Of a stretch of DNA of 64,000 nt, positions 40,414-51,062 are shown piece by piece. The stretch is taken from the NCBI GenBank assembly GCA_044347345.1, contig JBIKUX010000012.1:15730-79729 (forward strand), written 5' to 3'. How positions within the stretch are numbered: position 1 is the first letter of the stretch; every line of letters starts with the position of its first letter. Position numbers and translations under genes: made by a program. The notes beneath the pieces were generated by a model. The model had not been told where the DNA came from. It did not search any database and saw only the letters and a list, made by a program, of their open reading frames with translations. Source of the stretch: Bdellovibrionota bacterium (lineage in GTDB: Bacteria; Bdellovibrionota_C; UBA2361; JBIKUX01).

Positions 40414-41420
40414 ACATTGAAATTATCAAAACTTAAGGTAAATGATCCTCTCAAAGTAATACTCTCGCCAACACTATTTTGGCCAAATAGTGTAACTGTA
40501 ACAATCTTGAAGCCCTCTGACGCTTGCAGTAATGGTGAAGCAAAAACTTTCCGACCATCTTTAGCATCGAAAGCTAAACTAGAAAACTTTTTAACCTGGT
40601 TTTTTTCTATTGACATTTCCTCTGTCAACCTAAGAACTGGAGATGTTGCGTCCCTGCCATCAGCTAAACCACCACTCACTGTATATTTATAGGATGAAAA
40701 TGTTACGGTAAGTGGAGAGTCATTGCGCACAGAAAATCTAATAAAATCATCTCCAAATGGCTCAGGAGTTAGATTTGGACTTTGCCCACATACCCCCTGA
40801 TATATATCTATACTGGATGTTGATTCATCAGCTGATGAGCCGATGCCAAATGCTTCAAGAGCCACAAGCCGTATAGTACCTGACGAGCCTCCACCTGGAC
40901 CACCCACCTCGGGTGGTAATACTCCACCACCCAAACCACCGCCTGCGGCCCCAATAAATCCGGCGAAACCCAAGGGAATTTCTCCCTCACATTTTACGCC
41001 AACAAATTGTCTTTTGTTAGCTCCAGAAGCAAGTCGGCATCCAAACTGAAAACTTCCAGGCTGAGCACAGCCAATTAATCCACTAATAACTCCATTTTGG
41101 TTGACAAGTGAACTGCCTTGAAGAGGCTCAAGAATAGCTACTCCCCGCTCGCTATCGCATGCTACTCTCACATTAGGAACACCACGGTTGTTTGCATCTA
41201 ACACTGATACCTTGAACTCGGTGGTATTACCTATTGATAAGACCTTAGATTCAACATCAATATCGATACGACCTACTGTATCCTCATTGGAGGCGAAAGT
41301 ATTTTCAGCATAGTTAACATCACCGCCACTTGTTTGACCTCCACCACATGCTGCCGCCATAAAAGCTACAGATGTCATAGTTGCTAACGCTCTTGAAAAT
41401 CTTCCGCATTTCATAAACAT
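40401..41420 (-). CDS. Lipoprotein with Ig-like domains
   Basis: Lipobox-like AAA-C; Big_1-like VSVLDANNRGVPNVRV; Gly-rich linker; several Cys. Confidence 0.7.
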   Translation of the reverse strand: MFMKCGRFSRALATMTSVAFMAAACGGGQTSGGDVNYAENTFASNEDTVGRIDIDVESKVLSIGNTTEFKVSVLDANNRGVPNVRVACDSERGVAILEPLQGSSLVNQNGVISGLIGCAQPGSFQFGCRLASGANKRQFVGVKCEGEIPLGFAGFIGAAGGGLGGGVLPPEVGGPGGGSSGTIRLVALEAFGIGSSADESTSSIDIYQGVCGQSPNLTPEPFGDDFIRFSVRNDSPLTVTFSSYKYTVSGGLADGRDATSPVLRLTEEMSIEKNQVKKFSSLAFDAKDGRKVFASPLLQASEGFKIVTVTLFGQNSVGESITLRGSFTLSFDNFNVCGG

Positions 41421-41478
41421 GTACCCTTTTCAGCAAAGAACTATGTGTACCTACAACCACAGACTAACTAGCCAATTT

Positions 41479-42267
41479 CTAGAGTGTTACATCGAGGTCT
41501 TCGCTAGATGACTCACTATTGTCACTTTCCTGATTCACCTCACCTACATTAATCTCTTCACCATTTGAAAATGTAGCAGCTCCTCCATCTTCTGTATCTA
41601 CAGTTGACTCTGGTATTCCTCTTATCGTGTTATCCTCTAAAATAGTAATACTAAAGCTAAGCGGATTAGTCTCGACTACATCACCACTTGTTGTAACACC
41701 TACTACCCTGCCATTCATGGTCATATTAAATGGAAGAGGTGGCAAAGAATTTCTATTCAAGTAAAGCCATTCACGAATTTCGGTCGGCATAACGGTAAAA
41801 TTAGTTTGAACAACATTACTATTGTTACCGTAGCCAGGAGGAAGAGAGGAGTTTGATGGTAGCTGAGTGTTTATTTGTCCAGGAACAGGCGATACTTGAA
41901 CTCTCGGCGCAGGGCCAGCTACTCTACCCACTGCTCTACTTGTTGTTGGCGGTTGATTAGAGGCACCTGCTATGTAGTACTCCATCACCAAACGATCAGC
42001 CCGTACCCCTTGAGTTGACATATTGTTTTGAACAGTTAAGCAAGTCACGAATTCACCAACTGGGATTAGCTCACCAGAAGCACCATTACTAACAGGGATA
42101 GAAGCGCTTGTTATAAATAACTCTAACTCGCACTGCCCCTCATCATTTACTGGATTGTATCCCAGCAAGGTAAAAGCTACTCCCTGATCATTATTGGAGC
42201 CACCTCCACAAGCACCGAACAAAAGGGGAGTTAGCGTTATTAAAAAAAATTTTGTTATCGGCTTCAT
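41479..42267 (-). CDS. Lipoprotein of unknown function
   Basis: Lipobox-like FGA-C followed by GGGS; beta-rich body; acidic tail. Confidence 0.7.
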   Translation of the reverse strand: MKPITKFFLITLTPLLFGACGGGSNNDQGVAFTLLGYNPVNDEGQCELELFITSASIPVSNGASGELIPVGEFVTCLTVQNNMSTQGVRADRLVMEYYIAGASNQPPTTSRAVGRVAGPAPRVQVSPVPGQINTQLPSNSSLPPGYGNNSNVVQTNFTVMPTEIREWLYLNRNSLPPLPFNMTMNGRVVGVTTSGDVVETNPLSFSITILEDNTIRGIPESTVDTEDGGAATFSNGEEINVGEVNQESDNSESSSEDLDVTL

Positions 42268-42298
42268 ATAAACTCTCCAGACTCGCTTGAACCTACTA

Positions 42299-44380
42299 CT
42301 ATGATACTGCCTTCATCGTAGAATCGTCGAAACTTCCTTCTACGATTCGCGGTGTTATAAAGAAAAGTAACTCTTCATCTTCTTGCTCAATTGCCTGAAG
42401 ACCGAAAAAGTGCCCAAATACGGGGATATCTTTAAAGAATGGAACTCCGTTCAAATTGTCTCTATCGGTTAATTTGTAAATTCCGCCGAGAGCAAAAGTT
42501 TGTCCACTTGAAACAAGCACAGAGGACGTTGCACTCCTCTCAACTTCATTAGGAATACCGTCTGTCTCTTCAGCGCCAAATGTGCTGGACTTCGCATTAA
42601 TATCCAAAAGAACGTAGTAATCTGGTGAAGCCTGTGGAGTTACTTCTAAGAGAATTCCAATCTCAATTATTTCAGTGGCCATCTGTCCCTGACCTGCAGC
42701 AGTAGCACCTTGTCCTGTAGCAACGGATACTCCACCTTGGGGCAACCGCACTCTTACTTTCTGTACACTTTTAATTATTGCTTGTTTATTATTAGTTGTT
42801 GCTACGGAAGGACGACTGACAATCTTTACTCTTCCTTCTGTCTCAAGAGAGGTAAGTCGTGCAGTTAAGCTTTTTGAACCGTCTGCACTACCGAAAAGAA
42901 GGCTAATTGGGTTGGAATTTTGAGGTTGAGCATTATTCAAAACTGCTCCAAGGCCAATGGAATTAGGAAAATTACGCCCAGTGCCGTTACCCGTAGCTGG
43001 ACTCTGAACGTATTGAAAGCCTAGTTCTGAACCAAGATCTCTTAATAATCTTCTCTGAGCTTCAACAATCTGCGTTTCTAGGAGAATCTGAGGCGTACGA
43101 AGATCAATCTTTTGTACTAACTGAACAACATTTTTGATACCCCTAGAAATATCCTTAACTATCATCTGATTGGTTCGCTCATCAAAGGTGGCGCTACCTC
43201 GTTCAGATATAACACTATCAATTAAAGGCTTTAGGTCAGCCGCTTTTGCATAACTAACACGAACAAACTTTACTTTAAGTGGCTCAAGTTCTTCTTCTGC
43301 TTGTTTAGCCTGCTTAAGAGATTCACGCTCAGCTCGAAGCTTTTCAACAGGTGCAATTCTAACAACATTTCCCTCTTGAACTTTATCAAGTCCGTTAGTC
43401 TTTAAAATTACATCTAGAGCCTGATCCCACGGAACATCAATAAGACGCAGAGTTATTTTTCCGTTAACATCTCCACTTGCTATGATGTTTAAATTAGAAA
43501 CCTCAGCAATTATTCGCAGGGCATTATCTATTCCGGTATCTTGCAAGTCTAATGATATTAACCTACCAGTGTATTTAGGAATCTCACCTGTAACATCTAA
43601 ACTATCTCCAACTTTCTTTGAATCTCCACTTTGACTTAACTGAGCCCGGACATCACTGCTGTCATTGATAGCTCCTTCGACAGCAGCTCTTATATCACTT
43701 CCTAAATCCACAGCGTGTAATCCACTTGAATTTGCCTGATCTGCAACAGAGTTTTCTAGTAGAGCTACAGCGTCAGATGTAGGATTTATTTCGAGCCGCG
43801 TTGGAGAAGTTTTCTCAACTTTCAACGCTATGGTTGGATTTACAAAAATTCTTAATACTACATCATCCCCTTCCTTAACTGTTCTTACTGAACGTATCGG
43901 AGCTTCAGGAGATTCTGACATAATCGGCGAAATATTGGACTCGGCTAATGTTACACCCTGAAAATTTATCGAAAATTCAGATGGAGCAGTCTTTTTAACA
44001 GACCAAGTAACATCACCTGCTACTTTTGCAACTACTTGATTTGAATCTCCACCAGACTTAACTAACTCGATTCCCTCAATAACTTTTTGAATACTTTTGG
44101 TGGGTATTTCACGCTCTGACGATACAGCCCCGACACCTTCATCAAAAAAAGGAGACGCGCTATCACCTATAGATGAGATCTGAGGAAGAGAAGCGACGGG
44201 CTCAATACCACTTGCTGTAGCGCTCCTTTTATCACCATCTGTCTGATTGGCTTCTTTGGCAGAATCCACTGCTTTTTTTTCTTGTTTTAAAGAGCGAACT
44301 CCTACGCATCCAGCTATCAGGGCAGATGCGATAAATATGAGCACAAAACGGGGTGATTGTAGGTGCACTCGTGATGACAT
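42299..44380 (-). CDS. pilQ: Type IV pilus secretin PilQ
   Basis: YTGRLISLDLQD, ITLRLIDVPWDQALD, DERTN, QILLETQIVE, LEVTPQ, VPFFKDIP, ELLFFITPRIV; lipobox-like IAG-C. Confidence 0.95.
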   Translation of the reverse strand: MSSRVHLQSPRFVLIFIASALIAGCVGVRSLKQEKKAVDSAKEANQTDGDKRSATASGIEPVASLPQISSIGDSASPFFDEGVGAVSSEREIPTKSIQKVIEGIELVKSGGDSNQVVAKVAGDVTWSVKKTAPSEFSINFQGVTLAESNISPIMSESPEAPIRSVRTVKEGDDVVLRIFVNPTIALKVEKTSPTRLEINPTSDAVALLENSVADQANSSGLHAVDLGSDIRAAVEGAINDSSDVRAQLSQSGDSKKVGDSLDVTGEIPKYTGRLISLDLQDTGIDNALRIIAEVSNLNIIASGDVNGKITLRLIDVPWDQALDVILKTNGLDKVQEGNVVRIAPVEKLRAERESLKQAKQAEEELEPLKVKFVRVSYAKAADLKPLIDSVISERGSATFDERTNQMIVKDISRGIKNVVQLVQKIDLRTPQILLETQIVEAQRRLLRDLGSELGFQYVQSPATGNGTGRNFPNSIGLGAVLNNAQPQNSNPISLLFGSADGSKSLTARLTSLETEGRVKIVSRPSVATTNNKQAIIKSVQKVRVRLPQGGVSVATGQGATAAGQGQMATEIIEIGILLEVTPQASPDYYVLLDINAKSSTFGAEETDGIPNEVERSATSSVLVSSGQTFALGGIYKLTDRDNLNGVPFFKDIPVFGHFFGLQAIEQEDEELLFFITPRIVEGSFDDSTMKAVS

Positions 44381-44526
44381 TGTCAGTTCCTCTCGCTAAT
44401 CTCCAACCTAATCGAATCGCGCTATATTCATCAAAGATGCATTGACCTTGATAATAGACGCGCGCTAAAACCTATTTTTTACAACTGCTATAATTATTTT
44501 CACTAGGCAATTCATAACAACCTAAA

Positions 44527-45165
44527 CTACCGAGTTGCTGCTTCAGCACGTTTTTTTGCTTCCTCACGCGCTTTGCGTTCAGCTTCGTCTAAATATCTAA
44601 ACGTAGTCGCTGTACATGAGGTTTTTAATCGGACTTCCTTCACCTCTTTTTTTTCAATTTGAACCACTGGATCAATCATGATTATGTCGCTTAGGTTTAC
44701 AATTCTATCTAATCGACCTACCTCATCAAAAAATGTAGCTACTTGATGAAATCCACCCTCCACCGAAATAGCCACTGGCACTTCAGCATAAAAGTCCTGA
44801 ATAACCTCAGGCTTTGGCTTAAATAAACTGACATCTAACCCCGCATCCTTAGCTAATCCTGAGATTGACGATAAAAGAGTTGGAATCTCAGCTTTATCAG
44901 GAAGCTCCTTCATAACCTCCCTTAGCTGGCGATCAAGCTCTTGAACGGCCGCTCTAGCGCGTGGAAGCTCTCTAGCGAGTCGCTCTTCAGTATTTATTTG
45001 ACTAATCAGCCTTGCTCGCTCTTCCTGCATAGTCTTAAGTTCCTTGACTAAGCCTGAATAAGACAACCACCAGAAAAGCCAAACTATTAATACGAGAGAC
45101 CCAACCCATGCGAGAGCACGCTGCCACTTTGGCCACGACATGATTTTATCTATCAATATCTCCAT
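44527..45165 (-). CDS. pilO: Type IV pilus assembly protein PilO
   Basis: TM + coiled coil, LPDKAEIP.LL, FYAEVPV, FHQVATFFD..RLDRIV. Confidence 0.93.
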   Translation of the reverse strand: MEILIDKIMSWPKWQRALAWVGSLVLIVWLFWWLSYSGLVKELKTMQEERARLISQINTEERLARELPRARAAVQELDRQLREVMKELPDKAEIPTLLSSISGLAKDAGLDVSLFKPKPEVIQDFYAEVPVAISVEGGFHQVATFFDEVGRLDRIVNLSDIIMIDPVVQIEKKEVKEVRLKTSCTATTFRYLDEAERKAREEAKKRAEAATR

Positions 45166-45212
45166 GGTGTCCTTGAGCTGATACAATACTGACAAGTTCT
45201 ACTTTTCAAACT

Positions 45213-45812
45213 TTACTTTTCCGAGGCAGGACTACTACCACTTTGTTCCACATTCCTCTTACTTCCAGCCTCACCCGCATAGTTCACACCGGCTTTGAGC
45301 GTGAACTGCTTGACCTTAACGCCTTTCTGGTCAATCTGACTTGTTTCCTCAAGTTGTACTTTGGCAATATGATTAGAACGCTCAAGCTGCTGCATAAAAA
45401 GTGCAGTTGTCTCATCATCGAGCGAAATGCCAGTCAGCTGAAGCTGTTTGCCTTTTTCTTCCATTCTAGTGAGCCAACTTCTCATCGGAACAGAATCGTT
45501 TAAATCAGAGAGCATCCGTACTGGTCCTGATTTAGCCTGCTTTAGTTGCGCCATTATTGATAGTTTGTTGGCAAGCTCCTTTTTCTTTTCTTCAAGAAGC
45601 CGTACTTCTTTAGTAACCTCTTTGAGCTTAGTTAACTTTACTTTTAGTTCCTCTGTTTCTACTGAAATTTGTCCAATCCGAGAACTAGTCACTGAATAGA
45701 GTAGAAAACAGCAAATACCAACCGCTAAAACAGATGCACCATAAAGAATAGCTAGGATGGTTCCAGAATGGTCAACTACAGTCTCATCTCCGAGTAGGTT
45801 TATTTTTATCAT
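45213..45812 (-). CDS. pilN: Type IV pilus assembly protein PilN
   Basis: MIKINLL motif, TM, coiled coil, P...WL. Confidence 0.92.
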   Translation of the reverse strand: MIKINLLGDETVVDHSGTILAILYGASVLAVGICCFLLYSVTSSRIGQISVETEELKVKLTKLKEVTKEVRLLEEKKKELANKLSIMAQLKQAKSGPVRMLSDLNDSVPMRSWLTRMEEKGKQLQLTGISLDDETTALFMQQLERSNHIAKVQLEETSQIDQKGVKVKQFTLKAGVNYAGEAGSKRNVEQSGSSPASEK

Positions 45813-45840
45813 TGCTAACGCTCCATCCGGAATCTGTTAT

Positions 45841-46926
45841 TTACTTTACTCCCGACGGAACAAGACGGTCGCCAGGAAATCTTAAAGCAAGACCAACACA
45901 AATTCCCATGAGTGGCGCTATCTCTTTGAGATAAGCAGCATCATATTGTCCACCCGTTTCGATTCCTCTAAAAGGATTCATCAATGAACACTCAATACCA
46001 GTTTTTTCACTTAACTCTTGTGGTAAGCCCTGAATTAACGACCCTCCACCTGTAAGTAAGATGCGATCAATACCTTCATTTGAACCGGATGCATTCCAAA
46101 AAAAGCTTAAATGGCGATTAAATTCAGATACAAGATATTCTATTCCTCTGGTGGTTATATCTTTCAGCATTGAATAATAGGGAGAATTTTTATCTCTACT
46201 TATTTTCAGCTCACTGGCTTCCTGTAAGGGAATACTTAAGCCCTCGGAGATCGATTCCGTTAACATTCGTCCACCAACTGGAATATCTCCGGTAAAAACT
46301 GAATCACCACCACGACAGATATTTATACTTGAGTATCTTTCGCCAATATTAACCAATCCGATTGTTGCATCGATTAATTCTGGATATGAAACCTCAAACA
46401 TATTTTGTAGAGCGAAGTGATCTACATCAACTACACCAACGTCAATTTGTGCCGCTGCAAATGTCTCGATAAGCGTATCAATTATTTCGTTCTTCACCGC
46501 TACAACAAGAACTTCAAGATTGTTTTTTCCGGACTCACCGACTATATGGTAATCTATTCTTACAGCCTCTATGCTGTGGGGTATAAAATTAGCGGCCTCA
46601 AACCGAATATGTTGTTCAATTTCTGCTAGAGGCATGCGAGGTATTTTAATTTTCCTAGTAAAAACGGATGGTCCGGGTACAGCTGTAACAACCCGCTTAC
46701 CAAAGAGACCATGTTCTTCAAATAAACGTGAGATAATTTCTCCCACCTCTTGTACTCTGCCTATGGCATTTCCAGAAAAAATCTCTTTATTAATAGGAAC
46801 ATTCCCCACTGTGAGTAAACTTGGGGGATCTTGACCAACGTCAAGTTCAATAATCTTTACTGAGGAAGATCCGATATCAACCGCAATGAGGCTACTCTCT
46901 TTTTTAAAAAAATTTAGAAGCATCAC
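45841..46926 (-). CDS. pilM: Type IV pilus assembly protein PilM
   Basis: Actin-like DIGSSSVK, IDY, VVDVD.FAL.N, LTGGG, GLALR. Confidence 0.95.
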   Translation of the reverse strand: MMLLNFFKKESSLIAVDIGSSSVKIIELDVGQDPPSLLTVGNVPINKEIFSGNAIGRVQEVGEIISRLFEEHGLFGKRVVTAVPGPSVFTRKIKIPRMPLAEIEQHIRFEAANFIPHSIEAVRIDYHIVGESGKNNLEVLVVAVKNEIIDTLIETFAAAQIDVGVVDVDHFALQNMFEVSYPELIDATIGLVNIGERYSSINICRGGDSVFTGDIPVGGRMLTESISEGLSIPLQEASELKISRDKNSPYYSMLKDITTRGIEYLVSEFNRHLSFFWNASGSNEGIDRILLTGGGSLIQGLPQELSEKTGIECSLMNPFRGIETGGQYDAAYLKEIAPLMGICVGLALRFPGDRLVPSGVK

Positions 46927-47177
46927 TCCCTCTTCATTGCTTCATCGCAGCCCAATTTGATGGTTACAGCGCGCATTTTCTTTTCCCCTAAACAACTCTC
47001 ATTCTTTTTCACAAAATGTTTTTAAAAGACTTATGAACGATGCAAACTAGAAAGTAAGATGCAGACGAGCAATGCTTTTGCTCAGCTTTATTGATGTGAA
47101 AGAACAATTATGAAAGATAATTAAATATTAATTTATAATATAAAAAGACACATCAACATAAATACTGTTCTATAATT

Positions 47178-49505
47178 ATGTCTCATGAAAATTCTAAAAC
47201 AACAGTGCAACAAAGAAAAATTTATATCGATGTAGCAGTATACCCTTTACCACATTTGCTTACATACAAATTACCGGAATCAGCAGAGACATTAGAAGTA
47301 GGTGATGCCGTTTTAGTACCTCTTAAAAATCGGACGACTAAAGGGATTATAATCTCGCATACTGACATCATAAACGATTACGAAAACTCCGCTAACACAG
47401 AATTTCACCCAAGAGAATTCGATGGTAAAAAACTCAATTATATTGGAACTACTCCAGAGGTAGTTGAGTTATGTAAGTGGGCAAGCAATTATTATGGTTA
47501 TCCACTGAGTGTAGTTCTTGATACAGCTTTACCATCAAGTATTTCTTTCAGAGAGAAAAAAGATACTTTTTTGTGTCTTAACGAATTAAAGGATAATTCT
47601 TTAATCCTTACAAGAGCCAGAAAAAAGCTTTGTCAAGAGCTTGTTGATTTATTAAAGGATAACGGCGGATCAATTAACAAAGAGCAGCTTGAGCTTGCTT
47701 TTCCTGGTAAATGGCGACATATAAATCTGCTTGCAAAACAAACTGGTTTATTCACAATAAAATCCGTAGTATCAAATACAAGTCCACCATCTTTTAATGA
47801 AAAAATCCAAATAGAAGATATTAGCTTAACTCCTACTCAAGCCGATTGTGTTACATCGATTTGTAGAGCGTATCAGAAGGGAGAATCAACTCCATTTCTT
47901 ATTCATGGTGTGACCGGAAGTGGAAAGACTGAGGTTTATATAGAAATAATCCGTCATGTCCTTGGGCAAGGAGAACAAGCATTACTTCTTGTACCTGAAA
48001 TTTCCCTTACTCCCCAACTTATCGATCGACTTTCCAATCGTCTTGGCATACCAATCGCCACCCTTCATAGCGGATTAACAAAAAAAAGCCGAGGAGAATA
48101 CTGGTGTAAAATCCAGTCTGGATACTATCCAGTTGTAGTTGGTGCTCGTTCATCTATTTTTGCACCACTTTCTCGCTTAGGAATAATCATTATCGATGAA
48201 GAGCATGATGGTGCTTATAAACAATTTGACGGCGTTAGATACAATACTCGAGATCTTGCCGTGACAAGAGCACGAATTCATAAAAGACCCGTTATTCTCG
48301 GCTCTGCTACGCCAAGTCTAGAAAGCTATTATCTGGCACAGACTGGAAAATGGCACTACTTATCTATACCCTCTCGCCCTGGAATATCGACATTACCGAC
48401 TATTAAAGTCGTAGACCTTACAAAAATATCAAAACGAGACATGCCTTCTCCAAGCCTATCACCTGATCTATTTCAGGCTCTTAAGGATAATATTGATGCT
48501 GGCAATCAAAGTTTTTTACTAATCAATCGTCGCGGATTCTGTCCCTGCCTAAGATGCGAAAAGTGCAGTTGTATAATCACATGTCCAGCATGCTCAGTTC
48601 CGCTCACCCTCCATAAATCCGCAGGCCTTTTAATGTGTCATCATTGTGAATTTTCAACCACTCCCCCAAAAAATTGCTTGAGCATTTCTACACCGCATGA
48701 TTCCCAGAGTAAAACAGATTTAACATCTGAATTATTCAAATGCGATGGTATCCTTATAGAACATGGAGCTGGAACAGAGCGTATTGTTGATGAAATAACA
48801 AGCCTTTTTCCAAAGGCTCGAATTGCCCGTTTTGATCGTGATACAACATCAACTTCCGCCAAACTTTCAGACCTTCTAGAAAACTTAAAAAAAAGAACAA
48901 TTGACATAATGATAGGTACTCAAATGCTAGCTAAAGGACATGACCTGCCAAATGTCACATTAGTTGGCATTATAGATTCAGATATTGGATTACACATTCC
49001 AGATTTTCGAGCATCTGAGCGAATCTTTCAACTTTTAACTCAAGCTTCAGGACGAGCTGGACGAGCAGAGGCACAAGGGACTGTAATTTTACAATCACAT
49101 ACTCCCAGTCACCATAGTATTCGTAAAACTATTGAAGCTGATTATCTTGGTTTTAGTAAAATTGAACTTACTCAGCGATTTCAACTTCGTTATCCCCCCT
49201 TTGTACGATTACTAAGAGTAATAGCAACTAATCACAATAGTCGTCGAGCTCAAGAACTACTAAATTATCTTCGTGAGCAACTAATCTCATTACGACAAAA
49301 CAGAAACATCACTTTCGAATTGTTAGGTCCTGCTCCTGCTCCCATTGAAAAAATTAAAAATCACTGGCGATGGCATCTATTAGTAAAAGCTCTCAAGGTA
49401 AAAGATATTCTCAGAGTACAAGCATTCATTAAGGCAATCAATCTAAAGTTATCGAAACAAGAAGCGAAACTTATAATAGATATAGATCCTCAAGATATGT
49501 TGTAG
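47178..49505 (+). CDS. priA: Primosomal protein N'
   Basis: HGVTGSGKTEVY, VPEISLTPQ, DEEHD, SATPS, Cys-rich region, GTQMLAKGHD, GRAGR. Confidence 0.97.
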   Translation: MSHENSKTTVQQRKIYIDVAVYPLPHLLTYKLPESAETLEVGDAVLVPLKNRTTKGIIISHTDIINDYENSANTEFHPREFDGKKLNYIGTTPEVVELCKWASNYYGYPLSVVLDTALPSSISFREKKDTFLCLNELKDNSLILTRARKKLCQELVDLLKDNGGSINKEQLELAFPGKWRHINLLAKQTGLFTIKSVVSNTSPPSFNEKIQIEDISLTPTQADCVTSICRAYQKGESTPFLIHGVTGSGKTEVYIEIIRHVLGQGEQALLLVPEISLTPQLIDRLSNRLGIPIATLHSGLTKKSRGEYWCKIQSGYYPVVVGARSSIFAPLSRLGIIIIDEEHDGAYKQFDGVRYNTRDLAVTRARIHKRPVILGSATPSLESYYLAQTGKWHYLSIPSRPGISTLPTIKVVDLTKISKRDMPSPSLSPDLFQALKDNIDAGNQSFLLINRRGFCPCLRCEKCSCIITCPACSVPLTLHKSAGLLMCHHCEFSTTPPKNCLSISTPHDSQSKTDLTSELFKCDGILIEHGAGTERIVDEITSLFPKARIARFDRDTTSTSAKLSDLLENLKKRTIDIMIGTQMLAKGHDLPNVTLVGIIDSDIGLHIPDFRASERIFQLLTQASGRAGRAEAQGTVILQSHTPSHHSIRKTIEADYLGFSKIELTQRFQLRYPPFVRLLRVIATNHNSRRAQELLNYLREQLISLRQNRNITFELLGPAPAPIEKIKNHWRWHLLVKALKVKDILRVQAFIKAINLKLSKQEAKLIIDIDPQDML

Positions 49506-49565
49506 TCGAAATTTTTTATTTTCAGACAGTTTCTTGGTTTGTAAGGCAAACTTTTTCATTAAAAA

Positions 49566-51059
49566 TTAACTCAGCAAATTTACCAACCGCTGAGGCAAAT
49601 TCCCAAAAGAACCATTCGACATGATAATAACTAGATATGGCTTTATATCTTCTCGATGGCCTAACTTTTGTTTAAAAAGTGACTCTAGCTCTACAAAAAT
49701 ATCATCTGCTGATGGAAAAGTAGATGCTTCAATTCCATTACCTCTAAGATCAGAGACCAATTTAGGTACATCAAGAAGCTCGCTCCGATTATCACCGTCA
49801 CGTTCTTGCACTGCCGATATAAAAACTAAATCAGCATTAAAAAAAGCTTTTGAATATTCAGACTGAAAAATTTTCTTACGACTGGAATTAGACCTGGGTT
49901 CAAAAATCGCCAAGAGCTTATACTGGGAAAATCTCTCCCTAAGTGCCGCTAATGTTTGATTGACAGCTGTTGGATGATGAGCAAAGTCCTCTATGATTAC
50001 TACATCTGAACTGGAATAAATAATTTCTTGACGACGACGTACACCGTTAAACTTGCTCAACCCTGAACATATAATAGTGGGATCACATTTACTTAAATAA
50101 AGAGCTCCAAACACTCCAACGGCATTGACAGCATTATGTTCTCCAGGAAGGAGTAAACGAAAGGAATAATGACCTTTATTCTTAATAGAAAGAAAAACCT
50201 CTTGATAATTTACTTCTACAATTCGCTTATATATGCGAATGTCAGCACTTTCATGAAGCCCATAAGTGACAAATTTAATACTGAATAAATTACTCCACTT
50301 GCTAACTAACTCTCGCAAGTATGTAGTGTCAACATTAACAAGAACAACCGAAGAATTATCTAATGATGCTATTTTATCTTCAAAAGCCTTTTCTATAACA
50401 CTGATATCACGATAAATATCCGCATGATCAAACTCTAGGGAAGTAATAACAAATATTGTTGCTGGATAGAAAAAAAATTTTGCAATATTAGCAAAAAAAG
50501 CGCTTACGTATTCATCACCCTCAACTACTCCAAATGAATCTACACCAACATGCAAACTACTCTCTAACTCAGGAACCTCACCACCTACAAAAAAACTCGT
50601 ATCAATACCGATAGCACGCAAAGTAGATGCAGCTAGTGCAGTTGAGGTTGATTTGCCATGAGTACCGGCAAAAACAATACGATGAGTTTTTTCACTTAAT
50701 AAATTACCTACAATAGATGGAAACAAAGCATAAGGAATTTTTCTTTCACAGGTAGCTACTACCTCAGGGTTATCTCGACGAGCAGCATTACCAACTACCA
50801 CCAATGCTAAATCTTTCCTCAAATTTTCTGAGGAATATCCCCTAAAAAGCTGCACTGAGGATTGCTTAAGAACACTAGCCATAGGCTCGTAATACTCTCG
50901 ATCACTGCCAGATACAATAAATCCCTTTTTGGCTAAATAAACCGCCAAGGGAGCCATTGCCACTCCACATACTCCAATTATGTGAACTGCACTTCGATCA
51001 GGAATATCACTAATAGAATTAATATTATTCGTTGAGAAATAATTATCTAAAGAAGACAT
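49566..51059 (-). CDS. mpl: Murein peptide ligase Mpl (MurC-like)
   Basis: GVCGVAM, GTHGKSTST, EGDEY.SAFF, EFDHADIY, DFAHHPTA, FEPRSNS, MSNGSFG. Confidence 0.88.
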   Translation of the reverse strand: MSSLDNYFSTNNINSISDIPDRSAVHIIGVCGVAMAPLAVYLAKKGFIVSGSDREYYEPMASVLKQSSVQLFRGYSSENLRKDLALVVVGNAARRDNPEVVATCERKIPYALFPSIVGNLLSEKTHRIVFAGTHGKSTSTALAASTLRAIGIDTSFFVGGEVPELESSLHVGVDSFGVVEGDEYVSAFFANIAKFFFYPATIFVITSLEFDHADIYRDISVIEKAFEDKIASLDNSSVVLVNVDTTYLRELVSKWSNLFSIKFVTYGLHESADIRIYKRIVEVNYQEVFLSIKNKGHYSFRLLLPGEHNAVNAVGVFGALYLSKCDPTIICSGLSKFNGVRRRQEIIYSSSDVVIIEDFAHHPTAVNQTLAALRERFSQYKLLAIFEPRSNSSRKKIFQSEYSKAFFNADLVFISAVQERDGDNRSELLDVPKLVSDLRGNGIEASTFPSADDIFVELESLFKQKLGHREDIKPYLVIIMSNGSFGNLPQRLVNLLS

Positions 51060-51062
51060 AAA

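Noticed and set aside
44381-44526. pilP remnant
   Set aside because: No lipobox or PilP-like peptide recognisable in 146 bp.
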